Below, one piece after another: positions 25,001 through 36,470 of a stretch of 64,000 nt of DNA (the stretch's first letter is position 1; each line of letters starts with the position of its first letter). The DNA comes from Mytilus trossulus (taxonomy: Eukaryota), in the NCBI RefSeq assembly GCF_036588685.1, contig NC_086382.1, positions 32,736,001 through 32,800,000 of the forward strand, read 5' to 3'. The position numbers and the translations under genes were made by a program. The notes beneath the pieces are model-generated. The model saw only the letters and a program-made list of their open reading frames with translations. It ran no database searches and was not told where the DNA came from.

Positions 25001-28000
25001 TCGTCTGTTTTGTTGGCACCTTCACTCTCGTATTTAGATCTCCATTGTTGTGTTTCGTTCTTTGCTCTCGAGAGTTGACGTTGGAGATCAGTCTTTGCCT
25101 CTTGCTCTTCTTCAAATGCTTCGCGTACTGCATCATTGTCAGCACTCAAGTTTCTAATCTCACTCTGGAATTTCTGGCGTATCTATATGAATAATAAGTT
25201 CTATCATTTACCAGAAAATGTTCAACATGAAATCAATCATTCTTAGGTAACACAAAACAATTTTAGCCGCACGTAGATTAAAATAATGGATTCGGATAAA
25301 GTGTTAAATTGAAAGTAGAAATAGAAAATACTATAAAAGAGGAAAGTTTTGGTAGTAATTCATTGTGATTGATATACTCATCATAGATACCAGGCTTCAA
25401 CTTTTGTACGGCAGACGCATGTTTCTTTTAGAAGCCAAATAGGCAATCTTAAGCATCAATTTGAATGGTGATATCAAACAAAAATTACATATTTTATAAT
25501 TAAAAACGTACCCTTGTTTCATCTTCAAGTGAACGTCTGGTTTCTTCCAGTGTGGCGGTAAGGGAAGTTTTGTCCTTTGTTAAAGTGCCAATAACATGCT
25601 CAGCATCTTCCAGTTGTCGATTGACTTCGGAAACCTCACTCTGAAGTCTGGATTTTTGAGTATTGATTTCAATAATGGTTCTCTGGGTTTCTTCGACTCT
25701 ACTGTTCATTTCAAAGATTTGAGTTTCCATCTGTTTGGAAACCTTGTCTGATACGCCCCTATTTTTCATGGAATGAGAAACTTGACTTTGGAGATCGTCG
25801 AGTTCGCGTTTTAGGTCTTTTTTCTCCTTTTCTAATCTTGATTTCAGTTTGTTCAATTGATCGATCTGGTCAGCCATCTCGTTGGCAGATTCTTGTTGTT
25901 TCTTTCTAAACTGAGCAATTTGAGACTCATTTTGGAGAGTCATTTCCTCCATTTCACGGCGGAGTCTGATCAATTCTTGTTCACGTTTCTTGTTGAGATC
26001 AACCTGAGCCTGAGTAGCACCGCCTTGTTCTTCCAGTTGAGAACTGAGCTCGTCCAATTCCCTAGACAGTTCAGAACGTTGTTTTTCAACCTAAATATAA
26101 GAAATATTGTAAAATAAAATGGCTTGCTCTGATTCATATATAATATATAGATATAAGAAGATGTAGTAAATAGTTTATCTATATATTGACTTCTTTGATG
26201 AAAATTAAAACAACCAGTTTTTAAATAACTTTAAGAGAAATAAGTCTATTCAAATGACTTTTAACTTTAACATGATAACTATTATTATGTTAGATTTGAA
26301 TATTGACATACCTTAGCTCTTGCAGCTCTCTCGGCGTCCAATTCTTCTTCCAATTCCTCAATAATTTGTTGTAAATCCTTAATTTTCCTGTTTTGTTGAG
26401 CATTAACCCCTTCACAGTCCTCGATTCTTGAATTCAAACTGTTGATCTCGGCATCCTTCCTAAAAATTTAAATAATGGAACTTTGATATAAATTTAAAAA
26501 CAGAGCGACATTTAACTTATTTCAAACAGAATGTTTATTCAAAAAAGAACAAAATCCAAACGAGAGGCATACACTAATATACTGATTTTACTGTATGGAT
26601 AACAGGAGCCAATTGTTTGGAAGGCCAACGATGTATAAATTCACGTGAAGTTAGAAAGACTGAAGGCCACCTTCGCCTACGGTCAAGTATTTGGAATAAT
26701 AGTATTATCATCATTGAAATATAGGTTACAATAGATATTATGTACAAACCTCCTGTTGGCCTCTTCCATTTCTCTCTTGACACCTTCAAGTTCGTCTACA
26801 ACTTCTTGTGTTGCCTTCAAGTCCTGTTCAACCTTACGCTTAGATTTCTCAACATCGCCTCTGATTTTCTTTTCTCTCTCTAAGTTATCTTCGAACTCGT
26901 CAAGAGTCTGTTCAAGTTTTGATTTCAGTTTGTTAAGATGATTAACTTTGTCTTCTTCCTTTTGGAGATCTTCTATTGTCTTTTTGTTAACCTCTTCCAA
27001 GTGTTTCTTTTCTTTGTTCATTTTGCCAATTTTTTCATCTTGTTGTGCCATCTCACCTTGGAGAGTCTTGATTTGGCTTTCCTTGTGAGTATTATCTTGT
27101 TCAGCCTATTAAATAAAATCAATATCAAAATCATTATCAGAATCAGAATCAGAGCAATATAGAATTAGTTTCGTAACAGCGTAGACAACTGCAATACTTA
27201 TTTTGGTAAAAATACTGAACAATTTACCTTTAAATTGTTCTTCATCGCTTTACGCTTATTCATTACAGAAATGGTCTTACGTGTACGCTGTTATGAAAAT
27301 GATTCTATATATCAAATGATATTAGTAAAAACAAAAACCATAAGAAATTTTCAGTTAATAAAACTCAACATTTATTGTTCATTTGGTTGATACAGTCGAG
27401 CGTTTTAATTTGTACGATTTAATGGACTTCTTACTTTTTTGAAAATTAGCATTAGAGTTCAGATTTTGTTTGAACATTTCCAGAAATATAAATTATGGTT
27501 ACCTTGGTTAACGATGTTTCGAGATCTTCGATATCTCTCTTCAGCTCGGAATTTTCACCTTCCATTTTCTTCTTCAAACCTTCCAGCTCAGCAGCAGCAT
27601 CTTCCTCATCAAGCAGACGTTCGTCCATCTCTTTCATTTGACCTTCGAATTCAGCCTTCTGTTGGATAAGTTGTTCCACTCTTTGTTCAAGGTCGATGAC
27701 ATTATCTTGCTCAGATTGCAATTGTAAGTACGCTTCATTTTTCTGTTCCAACAATTCAACGTTCTTCATTTCAAGTTCTTTCTTAATCTTTTCAACCTTG
27801 GCTAGATCCTCTGACATTTTGTTCATCTCTTCGAGTTTCTTCTGCATTTCTTCCTCCTCACGGGCAATGTTCAACATAGGTTTAATCTTGGCATACATCT
27901 TCCACCAGGTCCAGTTGCGGAGCAATAACCATTTTCTGATGTTACGCTGGATGACAGACAGACCAACTCTGATATAAAAGAAAGTATGTGTGTTAAGAGT

Positions 28001-31000
28001 TTTGTGAAAAATTTAAAAACAGGTTAGATAGAAAGGTAAGAATGTTTTGGTGATAACATTTAAACACGTTTAAAATGTGTCAATAAAAATCTGAAAATCA
28101 GACAAAAAAATAGTATAGAAGCATAAACATATTTTTGATGACTTTTATTACAATCTTTTTAACTTCAAAATACTAATTATGAAGAAAGAAATAGTTAATA
28201 ATAATGATAAAACAAACATGATATCAGTATGTTCTTTTATTTCAATAATTTCAATGCTATTATACAATTACTAACCTCTGATCCTGAAGTTTCTTGTAGG
28301 CCTTCCTGATCAAAAAGGCTCTGACGTGGGCTTGCATCATGGAAATGATAGCACCTAGACGCTCATCTCGCATGCCTTCTAGGTTTCCAAGAACACCGGC
28401 TTTGAAGAAGACTTTAGTTCCTCCAAGTTTGTATTCTTCTGGATCAAGCTGTAAAGCCAACAGTACTTTTTCTGTGACAACTTTGCCGTCAACAAATCCC
28501 TGTGGAACAGCACTTGCAGCGAGAATTGAGTATCTTTGTTTGAACTCAGCATATATTATTCTACTTGGGAATCCTTTACGGCAGATACGGATTCCTTCGA
28601 GTACACCGTTACATTGAAGCTGGTTCAATACCAAAGCAGCATCAATAAGACCTGGAAACATTTCAAAATACAAGTGTTAGCTTTCCAAAGAAACTCACAA
28701 CGATATATCATTACTCTCTTGGTAATAATCCTAGTTATTATAATATTCCAACACAAAGAATATTTAAGCTTTTTCTGAAAATATTTCAACGTTATTTTAT
28801 GTATCTTGTTGAGCAATTCAATAAATATAAATAGACATGGAATATTTTCTGTATCAGTATTTATAAAATAAACTTTTTTTGACCGATTATGGGACGTAAA
28901 AGCATTAACTGATATGAACGTTTAAGATAATTGACAGATTTTGAATAACTGGTTAAGACACGATTTTCATTGCTTAAACTCTGATGGCTACAAAATCAAT
29001 AACAACGTTAAAATGTTTATTATGTGGTACACACTTACCTGGCTGTTTCAATTCGTTTGGAATGATACATCTGACGAAATGAGGATGGGTGGCGTACAAG
29101 TTCTTCATCAATTTGTTCAAAGATTCCTGTGAAAATGAAATTGATATTGTCAAAAAACTATAATGTTATCATTTCAAACAAGTTGAACATATTTTATCAA
29201 GATATTTTATGTCATGAATTAATGTCTTTAATTCATTTGATGATTTGTAAAATAACATATACAAATAAAAGATCTCCAATGAATATTTGATATTTCAAAA
29301 TGAAGGAGAAATTGGTGCATTGATATGATTTAAAATTAAGGAGCGAATTGAGTACACCGTCCCTATAGACTGACTTACCCTGTGTACGGCGGAGATGGTT
29401 TGGAAAGCAGAGGACTTCTTCTTCTTCTTGGGTCCACCAGCTCCTTCAGCGGGTGTTTCTGCTGCAAAGAGTGTTTGGACTAAGTGCTCCTTTGATTGTG
29501 CCAACAATGCTACTACAGTTTCGTTGATGGGATCCTTATTCTTGTCCAACCATCCCTTAAGGTTGTATGGTACCTTTAATATTGGAGATAAAATATTAAC
29601 TTTATTGCAATATATGCATCAACTGGGAATAGAAAAGAAGACAGACATATTTGTACTCCATAAAATATATCATTAGTTTTGATTTTCTTTTTTTTATATA
29701 AACATGAAAATGGTACGTCGTTTAACGTTCTCATTAAAGGTTTTGCAGCTTCACAGAAATGTTTTGTTACTACTTTTATACTTACAACTCCGGCGTAATG
29801 ATGGAGTTCAAAGTCGCCATTCTTGCCCTTGGATGCCTTTCCTGGTTTTGTGAAGTTGGGTGATTTGCCCATGTGTTGTCCAAACATCATTTCTTTCAAG
29901 GACTTGTCATCAGCCTTAGGGAACATGCACTGTTCCTCAAGGATGGACAAGATACCCATAGGCTTCTCGATAAGATCGATACAGGCTTGCAAGTCCATAC
30001 CAAAGTTGATAAATTCCCACTGGATTCCTTCTTTCTTATACTCCTCCTGCTCCAGTACAAACATGGTGTAGTTGAAGAATTGTTGAAGTCTCTCGTTGGT
30101 GTAGTTAATACATAATTGTTCAAATGTGTTGAACTGCGAAAAAAAATATTCATGAAATAACTGCGTAAATGCAACCGTCTTCTATTTCATTTATTTGATA
30201 ATCAAGATGAAGACTAGAAATAAAAAAAAAAACTTTCTTTTGATATATATTTGTTTTTTTCTAAATTTCATGATGTTGTTAATATATCCCTTACGGTCTA
30301 TGTTACTACATGGACACAATACAAAAAGCACGACATATTTTTCATGAAACCTATTCCATTTTTGTTAAATCAGAAATAATTTGTTGCTTTGAATTTCAAA
30401 TTTCGATTTGAAAAAAAAAGATAATATGATCACCATCACAAAATAATTAAGCACTTACATCAAAGATTTCAAAACCTGCAATGTCCAGTACACCAATATA
30501 GTAGTTTCTTTTAGCTTTAGTATCAAGACTCGTGTTGACTCTCTTCACTAACCAGTTGAACACACGATCATACAAAGATTTGGACATAGCACTGATCGAG
30601 TTGACGACTTGATCTTTGGTACGAGACTGTGATACGACCTCTGTGCCGACCTTGATCTTTGGTTTGACGAGAGATTTAATGAAATCGTTTGAATTAACTC
30701 CTAGCAGGAATGAAACTTTTTCAGCCTCGGTGGTGCCATCAGGTTCAGCTTGTTCTCCTCTCTGTTTGAATTTCATTTCACCCATGTGCAAGATAGCGGC
30801 GGTACACTTGTAACAACTCATCTTCTCCTCGTTTGAGAAGCCCAGAATGTCGAATGCTTCCTGAACAAAAAAAGAATAGAAGTTTAAATGTTTTGAGCCA
30901 TATTTCATTTTAATATAATAGCCTGATCATGCAAAAAATCGGCATGAAGGAAATTGCTTCGAAACATTATCCTATGCTTTATGATGCTTATAAGAACAAT

Positions 31001-34000
31001 TTCTGAGAAATCATTTCAATTTGGAAAATAAAATTGAGAATGGAAATGGCGAATGTGTCATAGAGACAACAACCCGACCAAAGAGTACATAACAGTATTT
31101 ATGGTAAGACATTGAATAAACTTAACGTTTTATGCTAGGATCGTAATTTGCCTGCATTTCAGATCAATAACAGTTGAAGATATATTAACGAAAAAAACTC
31201 TTCATGTACCGAACTTCATATACGTTTTCTATCCAATTTGAAGTATAATATATATCTCATAAAAAGTCTTGAAATTATCCGCGGTAAGAAAGCGCATCGG
31301 TTTCGAGAAGCATTATTTTCAATCGGCAATCCTCGGGTGAATCCGTTACTCTCAGATGAAGGTACGGAATCGGCCGAGTTGTGACGAATGACATTATTTT
31401 TGTACTCACGTCCATAGCCTTCATTTCATCAGTATCATTAATGGAGTCTACTGTAAGAGCACCTTGGTTGATAAATGTATAAAGAGCTGGATCTGGAGTA
31501 ACCAACATCATTTCATGATTGTCTGCCATGGCGGGTGTCAACAGTTGGTAGAACACGTGGTAATTTCTCTCTGCAGATAAACAGAAGGTGACACGGGACT
31601 TCTCCAGCAGATCTTTTAGAAAGAAATAAGTTAGTGTTACAGAATTTGTTAAAGAAACATATTTTGAAATCTGTCTTAAATAGCTTATATCTAATTTATG
31701 TATTCTAATCTTTAGTTAATTTATTATGGAATCATAGCTTGAAATTTTCATTTTTTTTTTATATAACAAAGTATTTCAGAAACAATTAATAACTTACAAG
31801 TTTCAATATCAGCTCCAGCAATTTTACCATCAGGACCAAAGTGAATTCGGATAAACTTTCCCTGTAAAATAGGAGAAAAGAAAAAAAATTCAATAACAAT
31901 TTCAAATCTCGCAAAATTAATTTTAACAAAGTAAAAAGAAAAAAAATCTAGAATCAACTATTAAAATACATTTAATTTTTAGACACAGAATACACTGCAT
32001 TGTTTTTCTTAAAAGGTTGAATATACGTATAACTTGTATTCATAGGCACTATAGTAACAAGTTGAAAAAGGTAAATCATTCAGTATGTTTACCAACAAAA
32101 GTATTGCGGCTGTCCACGCTGTTGTGAAAATGATTCTATAACTTGTATTTGTAGGCACTATACGATTGTAAACGTTCCAACGTCAGAAACAAATAAGTTA
32201 ACACTGCATTTCGAAAATACTTACGAATCTAGATGAATTGTTATTTCTGGTAGTCTTGGCATTACCGTAAGCTTCAAGTACAGGGTTAGCCTGAATAATC
32301 TGATCTTCCAATGAACCCTTCAAATATACAAACACATCTTTTAATATGTATTATGAACACAAATCTCAATTCCAAAATTGAAAGATCAAAACGAAGTAGA
32401 TGCTATATATTATATTGTGTTTTATATCAAATGTTTTAAAGAGGTGAGACTCTAATAAATTATTTGTTGTTGTTTGTTGTAACCGTTGCTAATTAAATTC
32501 CATTTAAAAATTGTCTCATTTTACTGTATTTAATGTTCAACACTTTTAATACATTTACATTTACGACTGACAAATAGTATAAATGACTATTCACCTTCTT
32601 GGAGGCTGCTGCTGATTCCTCATCAGATTTCTTTCCAAGAGAGGCAGCGACCTTGGCGAAGTACATGATAACTTTTTTGGTGTTTTCTGTCTTTCCTGCA
32701 CCGGATTCACCTCTATAAGAGAAAGTGATTTGAATGACATGAAATTGATTGTTTTATTCAGAGCTAGAAATTATTTTATAGGGAAAAAAGGAAAATTAGG
32801 AAAAAATGACGAAGGCCGTTTATGTGCACGAAAAATACCTCATTTAACAAAAAGATTTGAAATCTTCACATTACGGCTTTTTTTCAACTGTTATTTCCTA
32901 TATTTTGTTTGTAATACACCAATGATTTTAAGGGTTCAACCAAATGACAAAAGATACAAACAAATATATTTTTAGAACTTACGTAATCAAACAAGACTGG
33001 TTTTCACGATCTTGCACCATGGACTGGTAAGCATTGTCAGCCACAGAGAACAAATGAGGAGGCATCTCAGTCTTCCTCTTTCCCTTGAATTTAGCAACAA
33101 CGCTGTCTGTGTAGATTGGCAGACGTCGGTAGGGATTGACGGCAATACAGAAAAGTCCAGAGTAAGTCTGCAATTCATAGATAATAAATATTAAATAAAC
33201 AATACTGATAATGGTTAGTGTTGGTTCTGTTCGGATGTCATTATGCAACACAGTTTACTATAGAGCTCTATGGGAAATAAACAGATAACTCCTTTTGTCA
33301 GAAAATACTGTCAAACATACTATCCACACTGATCTGTGTCCACACTTGTTCATAGATAAAAATATACAAGTTTTTTTATTCAAATGATATCTAATCGGTA
33401 TCAAATATTCAAAGGACCATAACGTATGAAAAATAAATTTGCAGAATTTAACATATTTTGTCATTAAAATCAATTTACTGTTAGAAATTAACGTAAAGTG
33501 CAACAGGAAAGAATTTATAACAACAATTTTCTTACCTTCAATGATTAACAAACTTATATAAATTAGTAAGTTTGAATATCTATATCTCTATTTTTTTTGA
33601 AATACAGAAGCTTGACTACGTAAATTAGTGAGTTTGAATATCTGTCTCTACGATTGTAAAGTACAGAAGCTAAATCTACGTAAATAAGTGAATTTGAATA
33701 TCTAGCTCTAACATTGTGAAGTACAGAAGCTTAACTTACGTAAATAAGTGAGTTTGAATATTTAGCTCTGAGATTGTGAAGTACAGAGGCTTAACCTACG
33801 TTGATAAGTGAGTTTGAATTTCGAGGTCTAAGATTGTGAAGTACAGAAGCTTAATTTACGTAAATAGGTGATTTTGAGTATCTATCTCTAAGATTGTGAA
33901 GTACAGAAACTTAACTTACGTAAATAAGTGAGTTTGAATATCTAGCTCTAAGATTATGAAGTACAGAAGCTTCGTTTAAAAATGTCATGTTGGCCATATC

Positions 34001-35751
34001 TTCAATCATTTCATATTTTGGTGGATTCATCTGTTGGAGGTCATCCTTCTTAACTGTTCTGTCCTGTAAAAGAATAAAACATGACTGATTAGTAAAATGA
34101 GGGTCTGGATTGAGTTCTTCTTTCTTTATTCTTTAATTTTTTAGACCATTTTTCGTTATTCTTGATCTTTATTTCTTATTATTTTTTTCTTTATATCTTA
34201 ATACCTATATTTCTTATTATTCTTTCTTACTATCGTAATACCTATATTATTCCTTTATTTGTTGTGGCCTATTTTCCATAGCCCTTTTTACTGCATGTTT
34301 GTCCATTATTCTTTATTCTAACAACACTATTCATATCTTCTATAAAAAGAAGAACCATGTTAGATTGTTGGGTGGATACTTAACGTCCAGTGGCAAATAT
34401 AACATGTATTTTCAAAACGATAATGTTGCGTTTTATTCCAATGTCTAGTATAGATTTATTATAGATTTAAGTTATCGTGCATTTTTGTTTCAATGGGAAA
34501 AATGCTATTTCTGAACATCAAATCTGTTCTAAACAATCAACTTCTTTTTTTGGAGGGTTTTAACTTTTGAAGAAAATGTCAATATAAATGGCTTATAATA
34601 AAACTCATGTATTTGGGTTTCTTTTCAAAATTGAACCTCGTGACGTCAAACAATTGCATTTTATGCCCCATTTATGGGCATTATGTTTTCTGGTCTGTGC
34701 GTCGGTCTGTTCGGTAGTTCGTCCGTTCGTCCCGCTTCAGGTTAAAGTTTTTGGTCGAGGTAGTTTTAGAGGAAGTTGAAATCCAATCAACTTTGAACTT
34801 TGTATACATGTTCCCTATGGTATGATCTTTCTAATTTTAATGCCAAATTAGAGATTTCCCCCCATTTTCACGGTCCACTGAACATAGAAAATGATAGTGC
34901 GGATAGGGCATCAATGTACTGGGGACACATTCTCGTTGAATTTAGAGTCAAACGTAGTGACTTATAAATAAAGGTCATTTTCAATCCAAAAATAGATAGC
35001 ATGCAAATATGAGGTTTTTTTGGTGGTTAATATAAAAAAAGAAGATGTGGTATAATTGCCAATGAGACAACTCTCAACAAGAGAACTTTAGTCTTATAAA
35101 AACTTCAAAATAATGAAGTATACATAGTATTTTCAAAGTTTTTGAAATGAATATTTACTAAAGTAGGTCTAAATTTAGCATCCATACGTTTCATAATTTA
35201 AGACAAATTAAAAAATATATTTAATATGATTATATGACTACGTAGATGGTATACATTTCTTTGGAGCATGTCAGAATTAAATCCAATAACAAAATAAGCA
35301 TGATAAAAATATATAGCCTTTTCAAAGGTATATAACTACTGTTAGTAGAAAATTAATACATTTGTACTTTGTTCTAAATCGGTATATAAAGAAAGATAAA
35401 GTGCACTCTTTTAACTCATTTAATAAGTTCGAAATAATATTGTAGTCTTATCAATCGTGAAAATTGGAAAAAAGATTGCTTAACCTCGCAAGTAGGAGAG
35501 ATCGATTACAAGGAGGGGCTAGTGGGATATATAAGAAAAGAAGACTGTACCTGGTTTGAATCGATACATTTCACTGTAATATCATCTCCTTTTGTGGACT
35601 GAATTTCAGCCTTAACAAATCCTTCTTTGTCGTCGGGAATCCAGCACATTTTCTTGCCATCGAATTCCTTGGTTTGTTGCGCCAATAACTTCTTCCTATC
35701 CACCATTAAGTATGGATAATCAGGATCCTTGGGATCGATTTGAGACGCCAT
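19026..35751 (-). CDS. Mhc: Muscle (striated-type) myosin II heavy chain, copy A, ~1950-1963 aa depending on tailpiece
   Basis: Coding exons, all with GT-AG boundaries and consistent phase: 35551-35751, 33920-34063, 32983-33167, 32595-32712 (GESGAGKT), 32225-32317 (NNNSSRF), 31798-31861, 31410-31612, 30459-30860 (DIAGFE), 29786-30133, 29379-29573, 29039-29126, 28276-28651 ([11 protein letters not shown]), 27503-27968, 26750-27105, 26312-26459, 25512-26090, 24986-25182, 24436-24568, 23881-24097, 23391-23631, 22714-23167, 22209-22448, 21770-21970, 20541-20741 (read-through stop at 20520-20522), and terminal 19026-19067. Closely resembles scallop muscle MHC. Confidence 0.96.
19095..19388 (+). 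mobile_element. Short Helentron/DINE-1-like (pearl/MgE-type) element in the last intron of Mhc-A
   Basis: atgcccc/ggggcat subterminal inverted repeat, (GACG)n tract, 3' hairpin. Absent at the paralogous site in B. Copies at 21293-21561 and 34659-34937. Confidence 0.8.
19654..20120 (-). mobile_element. Solo Naiad pseudo-LTR fragment, interrupted by a foldback MITE
   Basis: Reverse complement of 1-335 with scattered substitutions; insertion at 19683-19816. Confidence 0.88.
19683..19816. mobile_element. Palindromic (foldback) MITE
   Basis: atgagtggccgttcatgtcatttgcgcgattatatacgcgtatat... is mirrored by ...atatacgcgtatataatcacgcaaatgacatgaacggccactcat; arms are ~55 bp. Confidence 0.8.
20197..20242 (-). 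other. Mhc: Putative stop-containing cassette exon of Mhc-A (adds K then TAA)
   Basis: TTTACAG|AAG TAA ... AAAAG|GTAACT. The same block with both splice sites is retained in copy B (48903-48945). Confidence 0.6.
21293..21561 (+). mobile_element. Short Helentron/DINE-1-like element (same family as 19095-19388)
   Basis: Highly similar to 19095-19388 with a small internal deletion; absent from the paralogous intron in B. Confidence 0.82.
27158..27309. mobile_element. MITE with ~29-bp TIRs and TA-rich ends in a Mhc-A intron
   Basis: tatagaattagtttcgtaacagcgtagac versus gtgtacgctgttatgaaaatgattctata. Absent from B intron 55318-55589. Confidence 0.7.
31030..31082 (-). mobile_element. Severely 5'-truncated Naiad 3'-end fragment
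   Basis: taaaattgagaatggaaatggcgaatgtgtcatagagacaacaacccgacca is the reverse complement of the pseudo-LTR terminus. Absent in B. Confidence 0.8.
33545..33975 (-). repeat. 60-bp tandem array (7 units) made of the 3' end of a Mhc-A coding exon plus its 5' splice site
   Basis: Units align exactly in successive 60-nt lines 33541-33960. Single copy in B (61515-61575). Confidence 0.92.
34659..34937 (-). mobile_element. Short Helentron/DINE-1-like element (same family as 19095-19388), reverse orientation
   Basis: Reverse complement of the family, including the (CGTC)n tract and ggggcat inverted repeat. Confidence 0.8.
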
Positions 35752-36198
35752 CTTGATATAGCGAAAATGTTAAGGAGACTTTATTTACTCTGGGCAAGTC
35801 CGTTTAGAATTGCCGACACAGCTCTAGCTCTGCAAAAGAATATCTCAAAATTTGAAGGCTTGATTAGAGGAAAATAGTTATAACAACTCCTAGACTAAGT
35901 GTTAATGGATTGATTATCAGTCCATCAGTCGCTAGAGTTTATCGAAATAATAGTTTTTAGAAGCACCAAGAAAAGCAGTCATTTCAAAATGAAGAATATC
36001 ATTCGTTCATTAGTTGTCTGTTCTAACTCCATGGACAAAAATAAATATTCAAACTTCATATTCCCGTGTTAAGTTTACATTTTACATTTCTTTTCGGTAT
36101 TTAAGACATTGAATCTTGATATACTAAAGCTTAAACGTTTTAGATATATGGTACACATTAAAAAAGGGGAAAGGAATGAAGGGAAACACGCTGTAATA

Positions 36199-36470
36199 CT
36201 TACAAGTCTACAAATCTAAAGCTGTTCAGCCAAGAGTTCCTGGAGTTTTTATACTATACTTACGTTACTCATTAATTCTCTGCTATTTGATTGGCTGGTC
36301 AATTGTCTCTGTCGTTTTTTGGAAAGCGATGATACTAATACCATGGCCAGATTATTCAACAGGGTGCTAATTATCTCCAGATATTGATGCTGGATCTGGC
36401 ACTCAATCACTGATCATATAACTTCCAAATAATAATAATATGCAATCGTGTAATATTATGTACTCGTGCT
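36199..36470 (-). promoter_or_regulatory. Mhc-A core promoter and short non-coding first exon
   Basis: Minus-strand CCAAT (36290-36295), TATAAAAA (36246-36253) and donor GTAAG (36199-36203). The exon-2 acceptor is at 35830. The block is conserved with 63559-63825. Confidence 0.72.

Noticed and set aside
33545-33919. Mutually exclusive alternative exons of myosin
   Set aside because: The units lack their own acceptors, cover only the exon's 3' end, and are preceded by an in-frame stop.
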